A stretch of DNA of 63,814 nucleotides, counting the filler, from Hausera hauseri (taxonomy: Eukaryota): assembly GCA_046269625.1 (NCBI GenBank). It is 11 parts of 11 records of this genome, joined end to end, with 100 filler letters (N's around TTAATTAATTAA, not from the genome) between each part and the next. Parts side by side here need not be neighbours in the genome. Positions count along the whole stretch, not along the records: positions 40,752 to 50,218 come from JBJURY010366594.1; positions 50,319 to 54,478 come from JBJURY010728434.1; positions 54,579 to 59,481 come from JBJURY010397034.1; positions 59,582 to 63,814 come from JBJURY010685772.1; 7 more parts are not named here. The stretch is one strand, 5' to 3'. Below, piece by piece: positions 49,814-61,251 of the stretch. How positions within the stretch are numbered: the first letter of the stretch is position 1; the number at the start of each line of letters is the position of its first letter. The translations under genes were made by a program, and so were the position numbers. Under the pieces are notes generated by a model. The model searched no databases and had not been told where the DNA came from. It was given only the letters and a program-made list of their open reading frames with translations.

Positions 49814-50104
49814 TGTTGTGCAACGGTCGCGGGTGAAACTCGTTGTCTCACCGAAATGCTGGTTATCAATCTCCAATTTCTCACATTCAGTAAAACAGAA
49901 AATCTGCAAATTCTCTACAAAGGCCAGAATGTAACTTTAATCAGAAATTGCAATCTCTCCGACATGTGACTCGTTCAGGATCATCTATCAAATCGTCTAT
50001 CAAATCAACGTAACTATAAAGTCAACGATGAAGGACTATTATTTTGTTGAATCATCAAAACTGCTTCAAAACCAAATAAACTCTTCATCATTCTATTTAC
50101 AACG
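49814..50104 (+). repeat. 3' LTR (~290 bp) of family B element
   Basis: Follows purine tract GGGAGGTGA; starts TGTTGTG; TATAAA at ~50015, AATAAA at ~50075; ends TACAACG (imperfect inverted terminus). Confidence 0.6.
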
Positions 50105-50318
50105 TCGTTTCAATATGTGGTTACGTCATCTCACACGTCTACAATATTCTCTTCTAACAGGCAGTGCAGTTCATCTCTTATCAAATTGCGTCGTGAATTT
50201 ATCAAGAGATGACAATATNNNNNNNNNNNNNNNNNNNNNNNNNNNNNNNNNNNNNNNNNNNNTTAATTAATTAANNNNNNNNNNNNNNNNNNNNNNNNNN
50301 NNNNNNNNNNNNNNNNNN

Positions 50319-52534
50319 GCCGGTACATTTCCGGGTCTTGCAGCAGCTCAATGTCTCGATCCAGTGACATTAGAGCTGACACCCAACTCATTCCCGGTAT
50401 GGAATAAAAGTTGAGTGGCTCCAGCCTATCTTCAGCCAACTCTTTCACTCGAAACGCTTGCAGAACATCGGCTAATAAGTACACGTCCAGTTTAAGATAC
50501 TTGAGCATGTAATCCAACATGTTTCTAGAGCCGAGATCTGTCCAACACCTCTGTGCTTTCCGGTATTCATCCTCTGCGATACCTGTCCATCGCAGCGGTA
50601 ATTCCTCTGCTGTCCGCAGTCGCTCATATGATGTTGCAAAGTCATATGAAAATATGCCTTTGCTGCGTGCAATATATGAGGGGAACTGCGTCAGTGCTAT
50701 CGGCACATATGGCAAGGCATTTACCAGCTTTGCCAATGATTCATTAAGAAATTGCAATGAATCAAGAAAGCGTACCTAGAACCGGTTTATACGAGCAGAC
50801 AGTGACAGGTATTTCTCCTTCGTAGTCGGAATTATGGATAGTTCCCAGTGCGGAAATCCGTTTATTGCCCATTTCAAAATATGGCGACAATCATAACCCC
50901 TGAAGTTATAAAATACCACCGGTAAGAATGGCCGTACACGCCTTTCAAAATTGCACGAATTACATGCTGCTCCGAGATATCGACCAGTAAAATGATCGTG
51001 ATCCGGTACTAGCCGTTCCATTGCGTCTAACGGTTATATTTTGTGCCACAAGTAACATTCATCTGTGACTGAAAATGTCAGGCGTTCATCTTCATTTGTC
51101 CACATCAAGGGTTTATGGCTATTTCTATTGTACCAAGGTACGATTTCAGTTCTTACTATGGTTTGCAACTTCTGCAAGAAATCATGTACACAATTCCATC
51201 AGTGGAAAACATAATATTGTTGTTGACCTGCAGCCTTTATTGGGACAAACAACATATCGACTACGATTTAAACATGTCTTTGATCACATATCTTGTGCCG
51301 TGGTAAGATAGCTTCAATATCGGCATATACTACATATGCAGGACTGTCTGTTTTTGACTAATCAGTGAACCTGAGTTCCTGTTTGACGGGCATGATATAC
51401 ATTGTGGTTCCTAATGAATTTTGTCTGCACAGAGTCACATGTTTCGCATATGTTGTTTCCGACCTGAATTCATGAAGACATACAGGACACCATTTACACT
51501 GTATCCAATTTTGGAGGAAATGGTCGTGCTCTATGTTCAGTATTCTGTCCAGATTTGTCACTGCAACGTAATGGCACTTTTCATTTTGTTCCAGTAGCAG
51601 CAAATTTACTGAGCGGTCATTTGGGTTCCGACTACGATAGATTATATCCACATAAGGATTTTTGTAAATTTCTTCATCCGCCGATATTTCTACGATTGTG
51701 TTGTATTGGAACACGTTGATTGACAGTGTAGGATTACGCCGTTCACAAGCCGGAATGGATTTCAGTTTCATCGGCATCCAGTTTCATCAAAATCCAATTT
51801 GGAAAAATATTTCCGATAATGTTTTGGACGAGATGCACTATGTCTGTCCACGTCGTCATAATTCAATATCGCCAGAATACTGTAAAGAAAACAGTATTCA
51901 TCGTTAGTATTTTTTACATTCACTACCACCAGACTGCTTCAGAGTTGCAAATGTCGGTATGAATGATCGTTCAGACAAATATATTATGTCACTCGACTTC
52001 GTTGAGATAAAGCCGATGGTGATAATTCGTATAATTCGCCATCCACTACCCTTTCCCCTGTAGTTAGCGATTTTGTCCTAGAGATTTTCGCCTACGTCGG
52101 CAATAAAATCATTGGCATATGGTACAGCTCGCTGTGACAGGTACCATTGTTTTCTGTCACTTTCAACGTTTTCAAAATTCTGCAACTGCATAATATTGCA
52201 CTTTGCAGTGTTGGTGTTGGAATTTCTCCACTTCTGATTCCAACCGGTTGCACACATTTTTCAGAACGTGTCTCAATTGCGTTGTTGTTGTTGTTTTCGC
52301 CGACATGTTTGCTTTTATGTCCACGCACGATTTGTTCAGATCGTACTTGACATTAATGTTGGATTTCTGTTGTATCTGATCCTCTTGCTGTTGCTGCTCC
52401 TGCTGATCCTGCTGTTGTTTTTCTTCTTTCAGCCCGGTACTGGTTATGATGTATTTGTCCAGACCTGTTGATGCCTTACTTTTCCTATTGGTTGTTGTTG
52501 TTGAAGGGATGTTGCTGAATTTTGTTGATTCCAT
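50319..52534 (-). mobile_element. Polinton/Maverick- or adintovirus-type protein-primed DNA polymerase B relic, copy 1
   Basis: NPTLSINVF..VNLLLL..HYVAV, CPVC..H..C, DHDHFTGRYLGAACNSCN (Endo VII-like), PVVFYNFRGYD, RFLDSLQFL, KGIFSYD, YLKLDVYLLADV, YSIPGMSW. Confidence 0.88.
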
Positions 52535-52749
52535 TAATATTTGTTTTTTCGACCATCGCTGAAACTGGTTTAAGTGGTCCTGGTACTCATTGTAAAATTA
52601 TTCATAGTTGATTTCATCATCAACTACTGAACAACCGGGACAAATATAGGCCCGTTTGCCGTGCACCATTGTGGCGTCATAGTATTTCTCCATTGCACTA
52701 TGGCAACCATCAACGTCGTGCACTGTACTTGTAGTGTACCGTGGGTACA

Positions 52750-54478
52750 TGGAGCTTTTGCGCGAAACGCTTGAAACACATCGGCTAACAGGTACACATT
52801 CAGTTTAAGATACTGAAGCATGTTCTCCAATAGGTTTCTATAGCCGAACTTGCTCAAAACGATTGCGCTTTGTGATAATCTTCTTCCGTGATACCGGGCC
52901 ATCGCGGTGTTAATTCATCTCTCATCTGTAGCTGCTCATACGATATCGCAGTCATATGGGAATATGCCTTTGCTACGTGCAATATGTGTGGGAAACTGAG
53001 TCAATGTTAGCAATACATGTGGCAAGGCATTTACCAGCTTTGCCCATGATTCATTGAGAAATTACAATGAATCAAGGAAGCGTACCTGAAACCGGTTTAT
53101 ACGAGCAGACAGTGAGAGGTATTTCTCCATCGTAGTCGGAATTGTGGATAGTTCCCAGTGCGGACATCCGTTTATGGCCCATTTTAAAATATGGTGAAAA
53201 TCATAACACCGGAAGTTATGAAAAGTCACCGGCAGAATGGCTGCACACGCCTTGCCAAATTTCACGAATTGGATGCTGCTCCGAGATATCGACCGTAAAA
53301 TAATCATGATCCGGTACGAGCCGTTCTTGTGCATTTAACGGTAATATTTTGTGGCACAAGTAACATTCATCGGTGGCTGCAAACATTAATGGTTCATATT
53401 CATCTGTCCACAACAAAGGTTTATTGCTATTTCTACAGTACCAGGGTGCGACTTCCGTTTCTACTATTGTTTCCAACAGATGCAGGAAATTACGTACACA
53501 GTTCCAGCCATGAAAAACTTAATATTGCGGTTGACCTGCAGCTTTTATCGGGGCAACCAACATACCGACAGCCATTGGAACATGTTTTTGGTCATATATA
53601 TAGTATCGTGGTAAGATAGCTTATATATCGGCATATACTACATATGCCGCACTGTCAGTTTTCGACCAGTCACTGAACCTCAGTTCCTGTTTTACTGGTA
53701 TGACATACATTGTTGTTCCTGTTGCATTTTGCCTGCACAATATCACATGCTTTTCCCATGTCGTTTATGATATGAAGCCGTGAAGACATACAGGACACCA
53801 TTTGCATCGTATTTGTTTTTTGATAAACTGATCATGATCCATATTTAGCAATCTATCCAAATTTGTCACGGCCACGTAATGATACTTTTCCTTTTGCTCC
53901 AATAACAACAAATTTATTGGGCGACCATTTGGGTTCCGACTACGGTAGATTATATCCACATGGGGGTTTTTGTAAATTTCTTCATCCGCCAGTATTTCTA
54001 CGATTGTATTGTACCGAAACACGTTGATTGTCAGTGTCGGATTACGCCGTTCAAATGTCGGAATGGATTTCAGTTTTATCGGCATTCAGCTTTCATCGAA
54101 ATCTAATTCGGAAAAATATTTTTGATACTGTTTTGGACGACATGCACTATGTCTGTCCACTTTGTCGTATTTCAATATCGCCAGAATACTGTAAAGAAAG
54201 CAGTATCCGTCTTTAGTATTTTTTACATTCATTACCGCCAGAGACTGCTTCAGAGCTGCAGATGTCGGTATAAATGATCGCCTGGACAAATATATTATGT
54301 CACTCGACTTTGTTATAATAAAGCCGAGAGTGACAATTCGTATAATTCGCCATCCACTACCCTTTTCCGTGTAGTTGGCGATTTTTTCGTCCAGCTTTTC
54401 GCCTATATCGGCGATAAAATCTTCCGAATATGGAACTGCTCGATGTGACAGGTACCATTGTTTCCTGTCACCTTCAAT
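52750..54478 (-). mobile_element. Polinton-type PolB relic, copy 2 (tandem, 3'-truncated)
   Basis: NVKNTKDGYCFLYSILA, FERRNP..INVF, PDHDYFT, FHNFRCYD, RFLDSL, YLKLNVYLLADVFQAFR; colinear with copy 1 at an offset of ~2310 bp. Confidence 0.88.
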
Positions 54479-54595
54479 NNNNNNNNNNNNNNNNNNNNNN
54501 NNNNNNNNNNNNNNNNNNNNNNTTAATTAATTAANNNNNNNNNNNNNNNNNNNNNNNNNNNNNNNNNNNNNNNNNNNNTGAAATGTGCAAAAATG

Positions 54596-54721
54596 TGCCT
54601 AGCAACGGTGCCTAACGGCACCGTTGCCTAGCACTTTATGGATCGATAGTGTTCCGGGTGCACTATCGATTGGCACATGTGCAATATCGATTTATCGATC
54701 CAACCCCCCCCCCCGGGGGGT
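54596..54721. repeat. Cluster of short palindromes, probable end of a non-autonomous DNA element
   Basis: GCAACGGTGCC-TAAC-GGCACCGTTGC-CTAG; ATCGATAGTG..CACTATCGAT; C11-G6 run. Confidence 0.4.
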
Positions 54722-55081
54722 CTGTGCCCGAATCCCCATTTTCTCCCTACTTCATACATTTCTTGTTCCAAACAAATCCTATGTTTTCGGTTGAAACAAA
54801 ATCAATTCTATTCCTACATCATTGCAAATTCGGGGGACTTCTGAAAAAATGTTTTTATAATCAAAACAAAAGAACATACGAACAATATTTCAGGAAGAGG
54901 ATCAAAATGCTCATTAGAAATCTCCTGATGTTATTAGATTTACAGGGTGGTATTCATTTATGTAGTACAGATCCATGGCAACAAGGTCATGATATATCAT
55001 TTAAACAAACGAATATGCGATTTTTTGCTGATCACCTATGATAATTTCAATGGTTTATTTTTTTAAATTGTTCCAATTAAG

Positions 55082-55420
55082 GAATGCATGAAGCAAATCA
55101 CACAACACTTGTTTAATTCTGTAAAGGATAAACTTGCCAACAGTCCTGCATATTTCGAACTTTATGGACTGGATTTTTTGGTTGATGACAACCTGAAGGT
55201 ATCTACTTGTGTTGAGTGCAAAATAATCTGATCATAAGGTTTGGCTTATTGAAGCGAATAGTAATCCTTCTCTAAGTACTGGATGTGTGGTTTTGAAAGA
55301 TATTATACCACCAATAGTGGAAGAGGCACTAACGATCTCCTTCGTGTTTTAAAAAAATACAATGTTGAATACTCATCTACCTTTACGAAGTTTAAAGAAC
55401 CTACATTTGTTTATGTTTAT
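55082..55420 (+). pseudogene. TTLL10: TTLL10-like tubulin-tyrosine-ligase family C-terminal fragment with a 40-nt intron (55199-55238)
   Basis: [34 protein letters not shown]|VWLIEANSNPSLSTGCVVLKDIIPPIV; GT..AG intron restores the frame; in-frame TAA shortly after. Confidence 0.78.
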
Positions 55421-55469
55421 CGCGTGTGGCATTGGTGGATTTAAAAATTACTTCGCCATAAATAGAAAA

Positions 55470-56090
55470 ATGACAACAAATGGAAATACCGATATCGACG
55501 AAGAACTTTACAATCGGCAATTATATGTTATGGGTAAAGAAGGAATGGAAAACATAGCAAAGGCAACGGCTTTGATTTGTGGACTCGGTGGTCTCGTTGT
55601 GGAAATAGCGAAAAATATTGTCTTAGCAGGTGTAAAATGGGTGACATTGCATGATCAATCGACAGTTTCTCTCAGGGATTTCTCCACACACTATTTTCTA
55701 AAACGGGAACATTTATATAAAAACCGAGCAAAATGCACAAAATCATCGTTGTCGGAATTGAACAGTTACGTTTCTGTTAACTTATTGAATTACGAATTGA
55801 AATCGCACAATTTGAAGCAAATTTTATTGTCGTTTTGACCGAATCGAGTTTGGCTGAACAAACCCGAATAAATCGGATTTGCCATGAACTTGGAATTAAA
55901 TTTATCAGTGCGAACACATTTGGACTATTTTGTCAGATATTCTGTGATTTCTGCGAAGAAGTTGTTGTGAATGATATTAGTGTCAAGGAACCGCAGTCGG
56001 TGTTGATTCGAGGAATAGTGAAGAATACCGATGGAGTCGTGATGTGTCTAGAGGAAACAAGACATGGATTGGAGGATTAGATTTTGTGTG
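55470..56090 (+). pseudogene. UBA1: Ubiquitin-activating enzyme E1 N-terminal fragment
   Basis: DIDEELYNRQLYVMG, GLGGLVVEIAKNIVLAGVKWVTLHD, LSELNSYV, IFCDF, ETRHGLED. G>V in the GLG motif, frameshift near 55820, truncated. Confidence 0.9.
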
Positions 56091-56849
56091 TGGTGCCCAC
56101 ATTGGCCCATTTAAGAAAAATAACTATGGAATTAGCAAATAAAATCATTTGTAAAGTTATCATAAATCTATATAAATTAAAAATGAATAAGTGCCGTAAT
56201 TGCAGATTTTACGATAACCTCCAATCTAGTGTTGTTTAAATAAAAAGAAAATTTTTGTGATTAAAAATGAGAAAAAAAATAGATTTTCAGTTTTCTTTTT
56301 TTATTCTGCCATTTTTATTTATCAAAGAAATCAAGTCACCCTTTTATTCAATGCCTGTACAGACTCATTTTTTGTTGGGAGCAATGTTCTGTTTAGGACA
56401 AACTGTCGATGCTGATCATTTTTGCAAATCTTTAAAATCCCCCTTGACCATTTTTTGCAGAAACTCTGGGAGATTCATAACCTTTTTCAGGGGTAGGTTA
56501 GAACTCCCTACAAATGCGGATAATTTCTTGATTCTATTCAAGTCTGATTTGAATCAGAGCGAATTGGAAATGAAGTTTAAATTCTACAGAGGTGTTCGGG
56601 AAGGATGTGCTGAAATAATTCTGCAGCAATAGTTTCAGCATTTCGAGAACTGAGCTGTCAGTAACTTTGAGGTTGTTAAACAGTGTTCTACACTGAGTCC
56701 ATTCATTCTAAAATGTTTTCACACCATCTATATCTTTGGAGTAGAATTGTACGACTCCATTCAAAGAAACATCTACTTGTATATCTGTGTATCGCAAGAA
56801 CGAGAACAGCTCGTCGACCTTTGAGTTCGCTTTCATTCTCCCGTCCAGA

Positions 56850-58333
56850 TCAAGAAGAAGCGAATCAATAATCACCAGAAAAGTGAATATTCCGAATTCG
56901 TCTTCTCAGTTGGACATGGTGACGCCTTGAGAACTTTGAGCATCTGCAATTAATCGGTAGTATTTTGTCCGTTTTTCAAAAAATCTAAAGATTCAGACAG
57001 TTTCTTCCCTACCTCAACAAACTCTTTGAACTTGTTTATCTCGCAGAATTCCAACAAACTCACTCAGTGATTTAAGAAGACAAACTGACGATCCCAGATC
57101 TGCTTTTTCAGACTGGAGAAGCTTACTGGCCATGTTTGTTCTATTCAAAACACAGCTCCAAAATTCTGTGAGAAAACCTGTTTCCAGTTTCACTAATGCT
57201 TTGATGATTGAATCAGCCTCAACTCGAGTAGCTTTCGTCTTCAACGGGTCTTCAGTGATTTGTTGCATAACTTCAAGGTACATTTGGTAGTTGGAATTCA
57301 AACTATTAAGCGCATCGGCACGTATTGACCACAGAGTTCCACTCAGCCGTTTAGCAACAGATCCATCACCACCAGTAGTTTTTAACTTCCCCCTGAGTGT
57401 ATTCCACCGCGAAGTAGAAGTCAAGAGAAACAGGTAATAATTTCTGCACAACTCCAAAGAAGGTAATTTCTTGGACACAGGGGATGCAAATTGCTCTGGA
57501 GTTGTTATTGGGCACTTTAGCTTGAATTATGTTGTAAATTCAGGTCATATTGGAGACGTTGTCGTACGTCTGTCCGACAAAGTCACACAAAGGTATTCCA
57601 AGATCTTGAGGTGTTCTGCTGATTTGGTAAAAAGTTTCACCAGTATGAGAAGCAAAACGAACAATTAGTAGGAATCTCTCAATTGGAACACCATTTGTTG
57701 TAACATAACGAATAGTAAAAGTTTAATGATGTGTGATATCCGGAGTGGAGTCTACAATGAAAGAGAAGTACTTTGCAACCTTCAGTTCGCCAAGGATTGT
57801 ATTGTCATCAGTTCAATAAATTCATCACAGGTTGTTGAAGAAAGATAGGATGTTTAACCCTTTCAATTTGACCTTCTAAGAATGTGTCATACTCGTCAAA
57901 CTACTCCAAGCATTTGGTTACTAAGGCTACCAAATTTCGTATCGAATCCACAAAATGCTAAACCTTGACCAGTCAGAAATTTCAAAGTAGACACAATAAG
58001 TTTCAGGATTTCTCTCCAATAATGTTTCTCTTTTTCATGTTCTTTAACTAGAACACGATCCAATGTCTCTTTGTTGGAGACTCGAATGGAATACTGAGTC
58101 AGTGCTCGCTGATAATCAGCAGATTCTTCATGTTTTGAGTCTGCTTTACCTTTAGGATAGGTTTCGACTACAGCGGAATTTCCAGCAGCTTCAGTGGAAG
58201 TTCCGGCAGGTGTAGCAGACAATTGAGCAGAAAGAAATGCACTGATCTTTGGAAGTTTCTGGATGTGTATCTCCTCTTTGGCTTTAAGTTTTCTTTTCTG
58301 GGCACCAGTTACAAAGCGTTTTACAAAAGTCAT
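56850..58333 (-). mobile_element. hAT-superfamily transposase relic (ZMYM1-like / DUF4371)
   Basis: GAQKRK, YWREIL..LKFLTGQGLAFCG, YLSSTTCDEFI, KYFSFIVDSTPDITH, STSRW, KRLSGTLWSIRADAL; many stops and deletions. Confidence 0.88.
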
Positions 58334-61251
58334 TCAGACACAGAAAAATCGGAATGTAAAAAGAAAAGACATATTATTACCAACAAAAATACCATGATTT
58401 ATCAAAATCTTGATCGGAATGAACTAAATGAAGTAAATAAACAACAAAAGAAGTAGGCAAATCAAAATTTGAATTATTAAATATGTATATTAAATTTATT
58501 AATCAGTATGAATTGCACAAATTAATACTTTTTTTCTTCTTTTGTTATTTAATGGACGCGTATATATTGTAGGTATCGGTGAATCTTCAGCAATTCCTAT
58601 TACCGGTAAGAAAACTAGACATGCAAATCCATTCTTGAACAAAACAATTAGGCAAATCAAGCTTTTAAACATCGTCTTAACCTACAAAAATGTTAATTAG
58701 ACTTAAATTTATGCTTAGGATTTACCCTTCAATAAAATTCAATTGAGGTACATCGTCGACCATCAAACGCAGTACTGAATGCACGGCATATTTTTTTAAC
58801 GTAAGCCAGTTGTGGATTCGCCATAAGCGTAATGCTATTCTAAAGAATGTCTTAAAATCCAGACTGTAACCCTAACCCGTACTACCCTACCCTAATATGG
58901 TGCTTACCGTGCTCTGAGCCACCTGGCCAATTTCGGCGGGACACGGCCGGATGCGTCGGTTTCACACCGATGGTGTCGATTACTCGGTTTGTTTTTCTCA
59001 ATCGGGTAAAACAATCAGATCAATCACAGAAAACATGCATCAGTCAATGTCTTCAAGCAGTCTATTCTAAGAGCAACAATTGGCAACTCTAACACATGCC
59101 ATACCCTATCGCACACGATTGATCATATCAACAATATTAAACGACATTTGAAAATTTACAACTATTTCATAGTGTAAAACAAGGCCGCGGAAAATCATTT
59201 AATCAGTCGCATTTTATCACTGTTCTTAACATTTCTTGATTTTCACACTACATCGATAAAGAGTACTCGTCAGTTATTTATCATAGTGAAATCGAAAAGG
59301 ATATCACATTACTGGATGTACTGGAATTGAAGACAAATTGCAGGAACAAGTAAACACGGTTTAGAAATTTCACGGCAGGGAAATCTCTTTTGAATATCAG
59401 TCAGGTCAATACGGTAGCGAAAACAGAAAATAAATTCAATCGACAAAAAACTTAGAAATCGTTAGTAAATCACAAACAAGANNNNNNNNNNNNNNNNNNN
59501 NNNNNNNNNNNNNNNNNNNNNNNNNTTAATTAATTAANNNNNNNNNNNNNNNNNNNNNNNNNNNNNNNNNNNNNNNNNNNNATGTTAAAAACAGCAATTC
59601 TTCAAATTCCGACGCGTTTTTTTTTCCAATAATGCTGATGAAACTCCACAGAACAATCATGAAAATTCTTTATTATTGCTGGAAAAAGGGACTACCAATT
59701 CTACATATCAACACGAAATTTAACACACTTGTAGAAAGTCGCCTAAAAGGAATGATACATAACAAGCACGGTTCGATAAAAAAGCACCCCTTTTGCAGAA
59801 TGCAACTGCTGACTAAGATGCCTAGATCATGCAAGGTTACAATTTTGAACATTTTGCATGCCGCGATAAATAAATTGTCACGCTTTTTATGAATTCATTA
59901 AAACAAACTTTCGAACATTGTACATAAGACAAAATGTTGCGTGTTGTTACATATTTATATACTTAAGTTGTTACTGATATGGAACTTATTTTTTTTATAA
60001 ATATATGCAAATTAATACCATATAAGTACGCGAGTTTATTATGAATGGGCAACCTGTTTGTCACACGAACAAGACTTGAAAAAAATATTTTCAGTGGACC
60101 AACACAGTTAATAACGCTCACAGGATCCATGGTTTTGTTTGCATCAGTAAAATATCGACTCATGATATTGAATTTGTAAATGTTATAATTGCGAATAGAT
60201 CTAGCAGTTCTTGTACAACATTTTTGAACATTCTTTTGGATCTATTTTCTGCGGCCCGACATCTGCCCATACATAGGGAAAACATGATAATGAACATTTC
60301 GACAGATTCATTAATGTGAAATGCAATACATAAATAAAACGTTGGTGTTGAAACTATGTTAACTACAAATTTAAATAGCAGATCAACATAATATCACACA
60401 TCGACTCCCAGCGAAACAAACTCAATCGTCAAAATCCAATAAAACGTTGTACCGATTTTCGATAACTTACAATTGACGACATTGGTCTAGACATTGGCAT
60501 CTTCGGTCTGGAAACGAATTTCGTCCGATCGGAAGCTCTATGTTCAACCAACCGTATATTGTTACCTTCAGAAAATTTCCTATGAAGGTATGGCGATTCG
60601 ACATTTTCCTCGTCAACATTTGGCCACGATTGCCTTTTATCATCAAAACTATTAGCATATGATGAAGGTTGTTCGGCATTTTTTTTATTTCTGATGTTGA
60701 TTTTTCACTGCTTATAGATTTTGAATGATTATCACTAGGCTCATTATTCACAATCGTTGTCACACGAGTCGACTGTTCATACACAGACACTTTATTAATA
60801 TTATCAACAAGGGAGTCAGATTTGATATGCAAATGCTGGTATGAAGATGAAAGTGGGTTCGGTTTCATAGGAAATGAATCTGTATGATATGAATGTCAAA
60901 TTCACAGAGATATTGTATAGGAAAAGTTAGGATTGTTATTAATACCGGTCGTCAGAGGAATCTGATTACAACGTAAAGACGACAGCAGGCTACGGTTGTC
61001 ACCAACTTGCAAATTAAAATTAATCGATGAAAATTGCAGAAACGACCGTTGAGGCTGTAGATCCCATTCGGGTAATAAAGAACTGGTATTGCTATATTCA
61101 ATTTTCCGATTCGGTGGTCGGAAATTGGTAGTCCAATTTTCATTACAAGTAACACCACATTTATTACAGATTGCTGACGCTATCGAGAAGTTTTTCATTG
61201 ATTTGGATTAATCTGAACAAAAGATATTATCGACTAAAGGATTTTCGGAAG

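Larger units (their letters stand above)
44966..50104 (+). mobile_element. Near-complete Ty3/gypsy element (family B, CsRn1-like): Ubl-gag, PR, RT, RH, IN, PPT, 3' LTR; decayed
   Basis: WASPLHV, RPCIDYR, YIDDILV, GAVLHQ..PLEFYSRK..YSTFDRKLLA, TDHKPL, HPG/CVAC, WISRFG, YHLQANGLLERFH, YVGPYK. No 5' LTR recognised. Confidence 0.95.

Noticed and set aside
55470-56090. UBA1 + RING + Ubl-Gag as one element-encoded ubiquitination pathway
   Set aside because: The three lie on unlinked contigs and in different element families, and the UBA1 piece is a truncated pseudogene.
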